A stretch of DNA of 64,000 nucleotides from an uncultured Planctomycetaceae bacterium (lineage in GTDB: Bacteria > Planctomycetota > Planctomycetia > Planctomycetales > Planctomycetaceae), in the NCBI GenBank assembly GCA_963813715.1, contig CAWFAK010000009.1:608001-672000 (forward strand). The letters run 5' to 3'. Numbering within the stretch: position 1 is the stretch's first letter; every line of letters begins with the position of its first letter. The notes beneath the pieces were generated by a model. It did not search any database and was not told where the DNA came from. It was given only the letters and a program-made list of their open reading frames with translations. The translations under genes and the position numbers were made by a program. Shown piece by piece: positions 22,537-33,798 of the stretch.

Positions 22537-24173
22537 GTGTCGACCAGTCTGTCGCGAATCGAAGGCTGGATTGAGGGCGTCAATCGCCTTCCGCGGCTGT
22601 GGCTGGCACTGTTCGCACTGCTGATGGCCGTGCAAATCAGCCCGTGGCTGTATCCGACCGTCGATGGGTGTCTGTACATGAAGACGGCTCGCGACTTCCT
22701 CGCGGCGCCGTCGCTCTCCGAGTTTCGGTGCCTGGTTCCACCCGGTTACCCGGCCCTGATCACGCCCGCATTCCTTTTGGGCAATCGCCCGTTTTTGGCG
22801 ATTGCCGTTTTGCAGTGGTTGATGTCCGTGGCGCTGATCGGCGGCGTGTACGTTTGGGCTCGGCGGCAGTTCCCGTCGATGGCCGTGCTGTTGACCGCGG
22901 CGGTCATGTTCAACATCAGCCTCTGGACTTACTACCGCCGCCCGACGAAAGAAATTGCCACGCTGGCCGTGTTGATGTGGACGGTCAACTTGATGCACCG
23001 ATTGCTCGACGAGCGAAAAATCGGGCGCGTTGTAGCGCTCACGGCGGCGGCGGCGGTGCTTGCCGCCTACGTGTCGCTGATGCGCTATACCGCCATCACA
23101 TTGACGCTCGGCTTCGGCCTCGCAGCCGCCTGGCTTGCGTGGAAACAGGCGATCGGCTGGCCGCGGGCGGTCGCCATGTCGGCAACGGTCGGCCTCGTGG
23201 CCGCGCTGACGCTCGGCGCCTGGCTTTACTACGACCGCACGTACGGCGCCGGCGGAATCTATCTCCGTGAAGTGATGAGCGTTTATAGCCACCAAGCGCC
23301 GCGGATCGCCAAGCACAGGACGAGTTCGAGCGAGTCCGATTCGGCGCCGAGACTCTCGACAGCTCGTCGAGCGAGGCGGCCACCTCAGACGACGAGTCGG
23401 CGGGGCACAGTCCGCCCATGCGGTTCTTGCAGGGCATGATCTTTCGCATCAACGATATCGGCTGTCTCTGTGTCCCCGGCTTCTGGAAGTCGACCGTGGA
23501 TCCGTGGCAGCTGCCTCACGCGTCGATGGTGCCCTTCATCGGGTTGATGGTGGTGCTCGGCATCGGTTGGTGGAAAATTGTCCGTCGCCGTCTCGACGTG
23601 CTGGCACTGATGTTGCCCGCCTATTTCCTGCTTTATTCGCACTGGGTCTGCGACCAGCCCGGCGGCCGCTTCATGTTGCCGATGCTGCCGATCCTCGTCG
23701 CTTCCGCGTGGTTCGGCGTAGCCGCACTCGTTCGCCGGCGGGCCGTGCTCGTGTTCGGGCTCTTGCTGTGCGTCCATTTGGTGCAGGCGGGCGGCTACTG
23801 GGTGCTGGTCGATGCGCCGCGGGCCCGCGCGAACGATCAGAATTGGTCCCTCGTCGATCGCCTGGCCGACCAGATTCGCAAGCGACACGGCGAAGTCGCG
23901 CTGGCAACCTCGGTCGAACAGAACTGCCACGGGCTGTGGCTCGAGCTCGACTGGAGCTATCCGCTGCGCAATCTCGAAATGCAATTTAGCCCGCGGGTCG
24001 TCTGGATCGTCGAGCCGGCCGGCCTCAAACCGCCGAAAGGGTTCAGCGTCAATCGGGTCGACGGGCCCGTTCAGCTGGCGTGCCGCAATCCGGACAAACC
24101 CGCGGCGACAGCGACGAGTCAGGCGTACGCAGCTGCCAAGCATGCGATGAACGCGATCGCGGGCAACCCCTGA
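22537..24173 (+). CDS. GT-C (ArnT/PMT-like) membrane glycosyltransferase-like protein, frameshift near 23350-23400
   Basis: DGCLYM..AR, PPGYPALI, multiple TM helices, GRFMLPMLP. Confidence 0.65.
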
Positions 24174-24254
24174 CGGAGCCCGCTCTTCGTCAGTCGTGCT
24201 CCGAGTTCGTTCCTTTCCGTCTCTGCCCGTGACTTTTGCCGGAACGCCCAGACC

Positions 24255-26060
24255 ATGGCTGAATCACCCGCACTCGCCCAAAGGTCCCGCGCGGCCACCG
24301 ACGGAAGCGCGCGCCCCGCACAGTTTGCACAATGGCTGGCGCGAACGCCGGTGCGGCTGGGGCTATTGCTGCTGGCGTGTGCCGTCCCGCGGGTCATCGT
24401 CGCCTATCGACTGACGGCAGTCAGCGACGACGCCTTTTCGTATCTGCACGTCGCCGATTCGCTCGAACGGGGGCGTTTCACCCAAGCGCTCGACTATCTG
24501 AATTTGAACGTCTATCCGGTTGTGCTGGTCGCGCTGCACAAGCTGGGGCTGGAGTGGACCGTCGCCGGCAAGGTGTGGGGCGTGCTGATGGGAACGGCCA
24601 TCGCCATCCCGCTGTTCGGCTGGTTGCGGCGGATGTTCGACGAACGGCTGGCGACGGCCGGCGTCTTCTTGTATGCCGTCCATCCCAAGCTGATCGAATT
24701 CTCGGTCGAGCCGATTCGCGAAGCGACGCTGTGGTTCTTCTTCGTGCTGGGACTCGACTTTCTGTGGCGCTCGTTCGAGGAACGCCGCTGGTGGCAGTTC
24801 GCCGTCGCGGGAGCCGCGTTGGCGCTGGCCTTGCACACACGGATTGAAGGTTGGTTCTTGCTCGCTCCGCTGGCGGTGTGGGGAGCAGTCTGCTGGTGGC
24901 GCGTGCCCGCCGCGCGAATGCGATTGACCGTGGGCGTTTTGTTGTGCCTGGCCATGACTCCGCTGTTGGTCCTGGCACTCAACGTGACGGTATTGGCCCG
25001 CCACTCGCAATGGGAATTCGGCCGCATGACGCCGTTCGCGCTCGTCGCCCATTGGGTTCGACCTGTCGCAACGCCGCCGGCACAACAGACAGACGCACCA
25101 GCGAATGCTGCGCCGACACTCGCTGCGGCGCCGACGGCCGAACCGTCACCTCCGGCCGCCGCGCCGGCTCCGGTTGCGGCCGCTGACGCGACCTCGGTCA
25201 AATCGGAAACGGTCGGCTCGGCATCGGTCGGCTCGTCGGCCGACTTGAGCAATTCCGGGGTCGCCGCTCCGGCCAAGCCCGGGCGGGCGTTCCTCGCGCG
25301 GCGCGATCTGTTCGATTTCGTGCACACGCTGGGCGTGCAGTACCTCGTGCTGGCGCTGATCGGTTTTTGGAGTCTTCGCGCTCGTTTCCGCGATCCGCGG
25401 TTTGGCCTGCTGCCGCTTTGGACAGTCGCCACTTTGATCGCCATCTGGATCCAACTCGCTCATGTCGGCGAGATGAACGGTCGGTACTTCCTGACACTGG
25501 CCTTCATCGACGCGGGAGTCGCCGCGGCCGGCTTGATTGCTGTGATTGCCTGGCTGCAAACGGTCGTCGCGCAATGGTCCCCGGAGCGGACCAATCGACT
25601 CGTGGCCGTTGCGCTGGCACCGGTCTGCCTGTTAGCAGCCGGCTGGATCCAATCGTTTACGACCCGCCACACCAGCCGGCATCGCGAGGCGAAGCTCGGC
25701 TTGTGGGCCAAGCTGCGCACCGGACCGAGCCATCGTGCCGTGTCGGATTTTCAGGCCGTTCGGCCGGCCTATTTCGCCGCCGGCTACCTGCCGGAGGTCG
25801 TCAAATACGACGAATTCATGGACGCCGAGTTCGACCGCAATCCGCCCGATCTCCTGGTAATCGACCCGCACACGTTTCCGCCGCGGCTGTTACACTATTT
25901 TCTGGAGCGGGCGACGGACTTGGGATTGGCCCCGCTTGACCAGCAAGGCTTTTCAAGCGCGCCGCCAAAATTCCTGATCTACGCGCGGCCCACCGCAAGC
26001 CCGGCGAGACCCACCAATCTGCAGGCGGCCAACGTTCCGCCGGCAAGCGTGCGGAAGTAG
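24255..26060 (+). CDS. Glycosyltransferase family 39-like membrane protein
   Basis: DAFSYLHVA, YPV, YAVHPKLI, RE, TRIEG, GRYFL; TM-rich with an Ala/Pro linker. Confidence 0.72.
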   Translation: MAESPALAQRSRAATDGSARPAQFAQWLARTPVRLGLLLLACAVPRVIVAYRLTAVSDDAFSYLHVADSLERGRFTQALDYLNLNVYPVVLVALHKLGLEWTVAGKVWGVLMGTAIAIPLFGWLRRMFDERLATAGVFLYAVHPKLIEFSVEPIREATLWFFFVLGLDFLWRSFEERRWWQFAVAGAALALALHTRIEGWFLLAPLAVWGAVCWWRVPAARMRLTVGVLLCLAMTPLLVLALNVTVLARHSQWEFGRMTPFALVAHWVRPVATPPAQQTDAPANAAPTLAAAPTAEPSPPAAAPAPVAAADATSVKSETVGSASVGSSADLSNSGVAAPAKPGRAFLARRDLFDFVHTLGVQYLVLALIGFWSLRARFRDPRFGLLPLWTVATLIAIWIQLAHVGEMNGRYFLTLAFIDAGVAAAGLIAVIAWLQTVVAQWSPERTNRLVAVALAPVCLLAAGWIQSFTTRHTSRHREAKLGLWAKLRTGPSHRAVSDFQAVRPAYFAAGYLPEVVKYDEFMDAEFDRNPPDLLVIDPHTFPPRLLHYFLERATDLGLAPLDQQGFSSAPPKFLIYARPTASPARPTNLQAANVPPASVRK

Positions 26061-26235
26061 CAGTCGCGCTCGGGCAATGTGAGACCGAAAAGGCACGACA
26101 GGCACAGCCTGCCCAACAAGACGGCGAGCGCCCACCGTCCATCCAAAGCGCCGGCAACACCCGCGTGCCGCGTGAAGCGGCTTTGCATCGGCCAACCCGC
26201 TCCAGACGCACCGGTGCAGCCCGCGGGCTGCCTGC

Positions 26236-27939
26236 TCAGCGGCCGTTGAGGACGGCGGAGGTGAGGACGCCGCCCAGGTTCCAGAGCGACGGCTTGTCGT
26301 ACAGATTCAGGAGTCGCCAGCCGACTGCTTCGGGATTGGAGTGCGTCGCGAACCAGAGCGGCTTGGGGGACATCGTGAGCGGGCCAGTGAGGACGTTCTT
26401 CTCGACGCCTTCGAGCTGGTAGGTGTTGTGCACCCAGCCGATGCCGCTTTGCGCGTCGTCGAGCGTGCTGCCGGCCACGCCACCCCAGCCGGGAGACATC
26501 ATGGCGAAGCCGAGGCCGCTCCAGTGATTGATGCCGATCGTCCCGTAATCGAGCCGCGACAAGGCAGCTTGCAGCGCGGCTTCTCGCGTCGGGTCTTTGC
26601 GGAAGTCGGCCGGCAGCGTGATCGACGCAGCCAGCGTCCCCCACAACTCGCCATTCGCAAAGTCGACGGCCTGATTGAGGAAGGCGGCGTCCGAGTCCGC
26701 CGACAGCGGCGTTTCGACGCAGACGCACACGAACGATTCTTCCTTGAAGAACTGCGGCGAAGCCTGCGGCCCCATGCCACGCAACAGCGTCCAGGGAAGC
26801 TTGTCGCCGTCGCCCGTGCGGTTGGCGAAGCGGACGAACCGATCGAGGGCTCCGGGGTAGTAGGCTTTTCGCGGTGCGATGCTGTCGAGCACGCGTTGAA
26901 TCTTGTCCAAAAATCGCTCGCGGTCGGGCCACTTGGCCGAGGTGAGGATGACCTTGGTGGCAATGCAGTTGAACGAGCAGTTGTTGGTGATCGACGTGGC
27001 GATGTTCTGGGCCTGAAAATCGAGCTGCCGTTCCGTATATTTGCCGGGAACGACGATCCACGGGGTGACGTTGCCCAGTTCGCTGGAGATGGGTTTTTTG
27101 AGCACGGGATCGTTGTCGCGTTTGCGGCGATCGCGCTCAGGGCCGGGCGCTCCCCAGACGATGGCGTCGTGCGAGTTGATCGAGCCGGTGATGTGCACCT
27201 CGCCGACCAGATCGTGTTGGATGGCCGCCGCGCCGACGTCCGAACCGCCGTAAATAATCTGCAGATAACCGGCGTCGATCAGCGGTGCGTAGGCCCGCTC
27301 GAAGACGGGGCCCAGCGATTCGTTGACCGGATTCATCTTGAGCAGGACCGACCGCCCCTCTTGAAACAGCTTCGTAAAAGCGTCGGTGGTCGGAATCGAC
27401 GAGACGTTGCCCGCGCCCAGCACAAGTGCGATCCGCGGGTTGTCGGGATTCCAGCGGCCGGGGACTCCGTGCACGCACTGCTTGAGGGTTTCGGCCGTGA
27501 TCCCCGGCAACATCCGCGACTCGACTTTGAAGCCCTGGAACGTCAGCCCGTCATACAGACCCTGTGCCGGAAAGACCGGCACGCGGAGCCGAGCGTCGGT
27601 CCCCATCCAGGGGCGGCCCGGCAAACGCGGCTTCCCGTAGGCCTTGATGTCGCGCAGGCTCTGGATCAACAGCCGCAGGTGGCGAACCGTCGCGACTGGG
27701 CCGGTCATCACATCTTCGGCCCGCAGCGGGCTCTTCTCCGGCAGGCCTTTGAAGCGGCTGGAGACGGCAACCCATTGGTCCGCGGTCTGCATCGTGCCGT
27801 AGATGCAAATCTCAGCCAGACCGATCAGTTCGTCGGCAGAGGCCGCGGCCAACCGCGGGTGGGCCGCGTCGAGCACTTTGAGGCTGCGATCGAGCTGCGA
27901 TTCGGTCGTGCGCGTGGGGAGGGGCAGAGTTGTCGACAT
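26236..27939 (-). CDS. Aldehyde dehydrogenase family protein
   Basis: LGAGN, LKMNPVN, HITGS, SELGNVTP, catalytic NCSFNCIA, GTIGINHW. Confidence 0.85.
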   Translation of the reverse strand: MSTTLPLPTRTTESQLDRSLKVLDAAHPRLAAASADELIGLAEICIYGTMQTADQWVAVSSRFKGLPEKSPLRAEDVMTGPVATVRHLRLLIQSLRDIKAYGKPRLPGRPWMGTDARLRVPVFPAQGLYDGLTFQGFKVESRMLPGITAETLKQCVHGVPGRWNPDNPRIALVLGAGNVSSIPTTDAFTKLFQEGRSVLLKMNPVNESLGPVFERAYAPLIDAGYLQIIYGGSDVGAAAIQHDLVGEVHITGSINSHDAIVWGAPGPERDRRKRDNDPVLKKPISSELGNVTPWIVVPGKYTERQLDFQAQNIATSITNNCSFNCIATKVILTSAKWPDRERFLDKIQRVLDSIAPRKAYYPGALDRFVRFANRTGDGDKLPWTLLRGMGPQASPQFFKEESFVCVCVETPLSADSDAAFLNQAVDFANGELWGTLAASITLPADFRKDPTREAALQAALSRLDYGTIGINHWSGLGFAMMSPGWGGVAGSTLDDAQSGIGWVHNTYQLEGVEKNVLTGPLTMSPKPLWFATHSNPEAVGWRLLNLYDKPSLWNLGGVLTSAVLNGR

Positions 27940-28104
27940 AATCGTCTCGCGATGAGATGGTAGGCCGGGATGGCCGGGGAGAGCGATCGCCGCGAGCGAT
28001 GAAAACTTCGCGGCCAATGAAACGTCCCCATAATACGGCAGTCGATCGAAAGTCCAAAGCGTCCGGAGGCCCGCTACAATCGAATTTGAGGCGAGGGTGC
28101 GAAC

Positions 28105-29367
28105 GTGAGCGATGCGGACGGCGGGGCGGTTCGGGGGGACGCGAAGACCGGCGAAACGCCGGAAATCTCGATCATTACCCCCTGCTACAACGCCGTCAAG
28201 CACCTGCGGGACGCGCTCGAGAGCGTGGCCGGGCAGCGGGGCGTGCGGGTCGAGCACATCGTCGTCGACGCCGGCTCGCAGGACGGGACCGTCGAGATCC
28301 TCAAGCAGTTTCCGGCCGTGCGCTGGCTCTCGGAGCCGGACAGCGGCCAGGCCGACGCCTTCAATAAGGGGCTCGCGCTGGCCCGCGCTCCCTTAATCGG
28401 CTGGCTCAACGCGGACGACGTGTACGAGCCGGGAGCCCTCGCCCAGGTCGTTCAGTTCTTCCACAGGCATCCCCAGGCCGTGCTCGTCAACGGTCACCTC
28501 GCACGGGTCGACCCGGACGGCAAGCCGCTCGAATTCCTGCCCGCCCGCTCGAGCCGCTTTTGGCTAAGGCATTTCTGGTGGCGCTGGTATTGGCTCAACC
28601 ATCCGTCGACTTTTTATCGCAAGTCGCTCTTCGACGAAGTCGGCCCGATCGACGCGTCGCTGCACTACGCGATGGACTATGACTTCTATCTGCGGGCGTC
28701 GCAGCGGCACGAGTTTCACGATATCGACCTGCTGACGACGCGGATGCGCGTGCACCCAGAAGCTAAGACCAGCCAAGGCTGGGACAATTTCGCCGCCGAC
28801 GTCCGCCGCACGTTCGAGAAGGTCTGGAAGCCCGGGCATCCCTGGTTCTACCGCTACTCGCTCTTGGGCGTGCGGATGTATGCGGCGAAGAGCCACCTGT
28901 CCGAATCGTTCATCGCCCTCCGCGCGGGGAACCGTGCGAAGAGCTTCGCGGAACTGAAGCGGGCGGCGGCCTGGTGGCCCCTGTTGCCGCTCCTGCCGAC
29001 GTTTTATCCGTACGGCGCTCGCGTCGCCTTGCGGCTGGCGCTGGGAGAATCGCTGTATGGGCGATTGCCAAGACGTGGCGGCCAACCACCGTCGAGCGAG
29101 CAACACAAGGCGGACCCGGAACATCGGGAGCTGGTGGCGGTCTATCGAGCCAAGAATGGGATCGAAGCGCACCTTTTGAAAAATGCGTTGGAAGCCGCCG
29201 GCGTCTCAGCGCAGGTCGTGGGCGAGGCGCTAGCCGCAACAGAATCGAATCTTTGGTTTGCGGCACCGCAAATTTTGGTCAAGGCGGATCAGGCCGAGCA
29301 GGCGGCTCGCATGCTTCGCGAATTGGAAGAGGCTAGGTTGTCCCGCGCGACTGGCAACTCAGAGTGA
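28105..29367 (+). CDS. Glycosyltransferase family 2 with a C-terminal DUF2007-like domain
   Basis: ISIITPCYN, VVDAGSQDGT, WLNADD, DYDFYLR. The C-terminus is ELVAVYRAKNGIEAHLLKNALEAAGV...ILVKADQAEQA. Confidence 0.8.
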   Translation: MSDADGGAVRGDAKTGETPEISIITPCYNAVKHLRDALESVAGQRGVRVEHIVVDAGSQDGTVEILKQFPAVRWLSEPDSGQADAFNKGLALARAPLIGWLNADDVYEPGALAQVVQFFHRHPQAVLVNGHLARVDPDGKPLEFLPARSSRFWLRHFWWRWYWLNHPSTFYRKSLFDEVGPIDASLHYAMDYDFYLRASQRHEFHDIDLLTTRMRVHPEAKTSQGWDNFAADVRRTFEKVWKPGHPWFYRYSLLGVRMYAAKSHLSESFIALRAGNRAKSFAELKRAAAWWPLLPLLPTFYPYGARVALRLALGESLYGRLPRRGGQPPSSEQHKADPEHRELVAVYRAKNGIEAHLLKNALEAAGVSAQVVGEALAATESNLWFAAPQILVKADQAEQAARMLRELEEARLSRATGNSE

Positions 29368-29416
29368 GCGCGTGGGCAACGGCCATGGCACAGCTGAGCA
29401 AGTTCGTCGCTGTTGA

Positions 29417-30590
29417 TTAGCCCAGATTCAGCGACTGGGCCACGCGCTTGAGCGATTCACGCAACGTGTGGCGGGCCGGCTGTTCGGGAGGCGTGCCGAG
29501 GATGCTATGCGCCAAGGTCGTGATGTCTCGCAGCGCTTCGCTGTCGGGCGCGGACTTGCGCAGCAAACGTCCGCTGCTTTCGACCGCCGCCATCGCAGGA
29601 TCGGAGGCGACGAGGAAAACCTCGTGCTCGTTGAGATGTCCCTCGATCGTCTGTCGCGAGATCGCGTCGAGGGAGGCCACGTACTGGTTAATCACCACGT
29701 AGTGCTTGCCCTGCGATCCCCGCCGCAACAGTGCCTCGAGCAGAGTCCGCATGCTGTGCAGCGAGGGAATTGTCGGCTTGGCCACGAGCACGACGTGCTG
29801 GCTCTTGGCGGCAAAATCGAGATCGACCTCTTCGAAGTGATGCCGGGCGTCGACCACCACCGTCGTAGCCAGTTGCATCGCGCAAGCGAGTGCCTTGAAG
29901 GCTACCTCGGGCGTGATCATGAATGGCGTGATTTCGCGATATGAGCCGACGAGCACGTAGAGGTTGTCTTCGAACTGGGCCATCGCCTCGGGCATCCGGG
30001 CTTCCATGTGGTCGAGGTCGATCACCAGGTCGTAGAGCGTGACCTTCGGACGGATGCCCAGGTAGTTGGCCAAGTCGCCCGAACGCCACCGCCTGCTCGG
30101 CGAGGATGCACGGCCCCTTCTCCAGGCGCCCGAGCTCAGAAGCGAGGTTCGCCGCCACGCTCGTGCAGCCAACTCCCTCGGTCGCGCCCAGCACGAGGAT
30201 GGTACGACATCGCGACGCGGCTTGCGGCGATTGGATCTCGAAGCGATGAATGGCCGAGCGCAGATCGTCCGGACGAAACGGCAGCTCGATTGTTTCCAGA
30301 GACGGTCGCCGCGCCGGCAGCACCGGTTCGTAGCCCGGGTCGAAGAGCACCAGGATCGGCCGGCCCGTCGCCGACGCCAGCAGCCGCTCAACGGCGTCGG
30401 GTGCAGAGTTGCGGCCGCTATGGACGACCAGGATCCGCGACTCGGACGGCCGCGCAGCGACGAAAGCCAAGCAGGCGTCGACGTCGGAAACTTCCGCCTC
30501 GACGTCGATCGACAGCTTCTCCAGTTCGCCTCGCACGGCGGCGCGCGGCGTCCCCTGGCAGCCGATCAGTAGTGCTTTCAGGTCGTACAT
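29417..30590 (-). CDS. CpaE/TadZ-like receiver + MinD-type ATPase-like protein, frameshift near 30085
   Basis: Receiver-like N-terminus, deviant Walker A VLGATEGVGCTSVAANLA, GDLANYLG, VVVDA, VVINQY. Confidence 0.7.
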
Positions 30591-30854
30591 TAAGCAAATT
30601 TAGCATTGCGCAAGGCCTTGGGCGGGCGTGGTCCAGGACAACTTTAACCGGACCGCGATTAACGAAGCCATTTGTTCGCGTTGTGCCGACCCTCGGGACG
30701 CAAGGCGAATCGTCAAGTCGGCAAACAACTTACTTAAGCTGAAGCGCGTTTTTCGCCCGTAAAACGGGGCGATGTTGCGACAAAGCGGCGCGGGCCGCGC
30801 ACAGTGCGGCGCACCCTCGCTGGCAGTCGTCGGGTAGAAAAACAGCCGGGAACC

Positions 30855-31040
30855 TTAGGGTTCGCCAAAGGCCATTTCGTGCAGGCTGTCTTCGCCTTGC
30901 CACTCGCGCCAGTGGTCCCGCAAGCGGCGGGCGGCGTCGCCCACCTCGAGCTTGTGGGCGTCGTGGTCGGCGATTTCCAGTTGGCTGAAGAGGCTGCGGT
31001 AACGCTCGACGAACTGCTCCGGATCCATCTCGCTGGGCAT
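30855..31040 (-). CDS. Small hypothetical protein (61 aa)
   Basis: Strong GGAGG RBS before the ATG; helical, charged sequence. Confidence 0.65.
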   Translation of the reverse strand: MPSEMDPEQFVERYRSLFSQLEIADHDAHKLEVGDAARRLRDHWREWQGEDSLHEMAFGEP

Positions 31041-31226
31041 CGTGCCTCCCTCCGTGATCGTGATCGCCCCACCCCCTCCGCTCCATGACTGACTGATCGG
31101 CTGTCCAAATGAGTCACTGACCGGGGCGTGATCGCCATGCTAGCGACCGGGCGTGCCCGCGATTGTAGCGACAAGGCCGCCGGATTGCGCGAGGTGCACG
31201 TCCGATTGCCGGCTTCATTTGTCGGC

Positions 31227-31676
31227 TCAAATATCCGACAGAGGCTCCGCGTCATCGAGTGCCTTGCGGTACTCGTCCGCGCGGCGGTCCGAGGGAGACC
31301 AGACGTTCGCGTCTTCGCGGATCTTGCGCACGGTGTCGGCGCTCGGGGGCGCGTTCGTGCCGAAGTGGCGTCCGCCGCGGCGGCGGTGCCGGGGCTCGAA
31401 CGATTCGACGTGATCGCCCTGCGCGATCTTCTGGGCCGTATAGATGTTCGAAGCCTGTGCCGTGCGTGCCGGCCGGTCGACCATCAGCCATAGCATCACG
31501 AGCAGCCCGCCCAGTCCGCACAGCAGGATGGCGATGGGCGTCCAGATGTCCTGGGCAAAGACCAGGGCAATCATCAGGCAGATACCGCCGCCGCCCGTCA
31601 TTACGAAGGTGGCGGCAAACAGACCGGCGGCGAGGCGCCCATGATCGGACTGATTGGGATTGTTGGCTTGGCGCAC
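31227..31676 (-). CDS. Hypothetical two-TM membrane protein
   Basis: Two hydrophobic segments and a soluble tail; GGAG upstream; co-oriented downstream of rseP. Confidence 0.6.
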   Translation of the reverse strand: MRQANNPNQSDHGRLAAGLFAATFVMTGGGGICLMIALVFAQDIWTPIAILLCGLGGLLVMLWLMVDRPARTAQASNIYTAQKIAQGDHVESFEPRHRRRGGRHFGTNAPPSADTVRKIREDANVWSPSDRRADEYRKALDDAEPLSDI

Positions 31677-31743
31677 GATCGCTTCTCCCTGCGCAGGAGC
31701 CGATCCAACCGATTTCGAGGCCCGCGTTGCCGCGCCGCGTCGA

Positions 31744-33798
31744 TCAGCCGATCACTTTGTGGACGAAGATGTCGAGGTAGAACACGAGTATCGCCAGGCA
31801 CAGCACGAAGGCCATGCCGAAATACGTCGCGGCGATCTGCACCCGCTCACTGGGCCGTTTGCGGGTCACCGCCTCCCAGATTAAGAAAACCATGTGCCCG
31901 CCGTCGAGTACCGGAATGGGCAGGAAATTGAGCACCGCCAGATTCGCGCTCAAAATTCCCAGGAACAGGCACACTTCGGGGATTCCCTGCTGCGCGAAGC
32001 TGTAAGCGACGCTAATGATTCCCAGCGGGCCGTGCAGGTTTTCGTACGACAACTGACGCGTAAAGAGATTCCGCAGCGTCAGATAAAGATCGATGATTGA
32101 ATTCTTGGTGTGGGTGATCCCCATCATCGCCGCGTCGAGCACGCCGCTCGACTTGAGCATGATCGTCTCTTGCATCAGCCGCAGCCCGCGCATGCCGGGC
32201 AGATACCAGTCCCCCTTCGGATCGACCGCGGGAACCAGCTCGATCGGGTCGCGGTCCTTGTTGGTAAAGGTGAGCTTCACCTTGAAGTCGGGGGTGAGCT
32301 GCGTCAGGTAGACGAAGTAGGGCCACGTTCCCGACTTTTGACTTCCCTTGTCGGCGGCGAAGTCGACTTCAATTTTGTCTTTGCCAAAACGGTCCTTCGT
32401 CAGCTCCGCGGGGACCAACAGCTCGGCCGACTTGATCCGGTCGCCGTTCTTGACGCCCGCCTTATCGGCCGGGCTGCCCGGCTGCACGCTCAACACGGTG
32501 GGGATCACGTTGTAGGCGACACCGATCGCCGGGGCCGACATGGGCGTGTCCGCCATCCTCGGGGCTTCGACCCAGCCGGGCTTGTTCGCGGGGACGAGAC
32601 GAATGTCGACTTTTTTCGGGTCGCCCTGCGGCATCTCGCGCTGCACCTCGAGGGTGACTTCCTGGCCGGCTAGCGCCGCCAGTTCATCAGGCAGACGGAG
32701 CGGATCGATATCCTTGCCCACCACGCGGGTGTTGAGGCGGATGATCTTATCCCCCTCTTTGATGCCGTTCTTGTCGGCCGGCGAGTCCTTGACGATGCCG
32801 GTGACCTTGCCGATGTCCATCGTCATGCCCATTTCGCGAAACCGCTGCGGGGCGACGCGGATGTCGACTGGGCGCTCAGAGCCCTCCCGCGCGACTTGGA
32901 ATACGACCGGCTTGGCACGATTGTCGATGAGCGTTTTCTGCAACTCCGAAAAGTCCGACACGGTGTGCCCGTCGATCCCGACGACCCGGTCCCCCTGCTC
33001 AAAGCCGGGGTTGGCCTCGGCAGCGGGTGAGCCCAGATCGGCCGCCTTCTCGTTCGCATCTTTGGTTTTGAGGACGTTCAGCGACAGGGCCGGCGTGACG
33101 CCGATCATTCGGTGCCCATCGGCCATGTTGGGGACCAGGTCGACCTCGAACGGCTTTTCGTCCGCGTGCACGCCGGCGACGTCGATCGGGCCGGACGACA
33201 GCGCGATGGCGCGATTGATGTCGTCAAACGTCCGCGTCGGACGGCCGGCAATCCGCGTGAGCCGATCGCCGGGCTGCAGCCGGGCTTGCCACGCGGGGAA
33301 GCCCGGCAGCACCGAGCCGACGCGAGCCGGCAATTGCTCGATCCCGTACCCAAACGCGATGGCGTAAAACATGACGCCGGTGATCACGTTCATGGTGACG
33401 CCGGCGGAAATGATCGCCATCCGCTGCCCCACCGGCTTGGCCATATACGACCGCGGGTCTTTGGCGAGCTCTTCACTGGTGAGCTGGCTCGGATCGAGGT
33501 CGTCCTGCCCCAGCATCTTCACGTAGCCGCCGAAGGGAATCGCGGAGAGCGCGTATTCGGTCTCGCCGTATTTGCGGCTCCAGAGGATCGGTCCGAAGCC
33601 GATGCTGAACCGCTCGACGAAAACGTCGCACCACTTGGCGACGGCGAAGTGCCCCAACTCGTGAAAGAAAATCACCAGGCCGATGCCAATCGCCACGAGC
33701 AGCACGCTGCCCGCCTTGGACACCAGTGCATCGACCGAAAAGGACGCCAGCACCGGCAACGCCGCCGGCACGGCATGAGCAAACAGCAGGACGTTCAC
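31744..33798 (-). CDS. rseP: Site-2 protease (M50) with multiple PDZ domains
   Basis: HELGH, GGYVKM, NFLPIPVLDGGH, several PDZ-like segments. GTGA overlap with the dxr stop. Confidence 0.93.
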   Translation of the reverse strand: MNVLLFAHAVPAALPVLASFSVDALVSKAGSVLLVAIGIGLVIFFHELGHFAVAKWCDVFVERFSIGFGPILWSRKYGETEYALSAIPFGGYVKMLGQDDLDPSQLTSEELAKDPRSYMAKPVGQRMAIISAGVTMNVITGVMFYAIAFGYGIEQLPARVGSVLPGFPAWQARLQPGDRLTRIAGRPTRTFDDINRAIALSSGPIDVAGVHADEKPFEVDLVPNMADGHRMIGVTPALSLNVLKTKDANEKAADLGSPAAEANPGFEQGDRVVGIDGHTVSDFSELQKTLIDNRAKPVVFQVAREGSERPVDIRVAPQRFREMGMTMDIGKVTGIVKDSPADKNGIKEGDKIIRLNTRVVGKDIDPLRLPDELAALAGQEVTLEVQREMPQGDPKKVDIRLVPANKPGWVEAPRMADTPMSAPAIGVAYNVIPTVLSVQPGSPADKAGVKNGDRIKSAELLVPAELTKDRFGKDKIEVDFAADKGSQKSGTWPYFVYLTQLTPDFKVKLTFTNKDRDPIELVPAVDPKGDWYLPGMRGLRLMQETIMLKSSGVLDAAMMGITHTKNSIIDLYLTLRNLFTRQLSYENLHGPLGIISVAYSFAQQGIPEVCLFLGILSANLAVLNFLPIPVLDGGHMVFLIWEAVTRKRPSERVQIAATYFGMAFVLCLAILVFYLDIFVHKVIG

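Noticed and set aside
26236..26280. Short 15-nt-period near-repeats at gene ends (also near 7170 and 53430)
   Set aside because: Matches of only 8-9 nt are expected by chance in GC-rich DNA.
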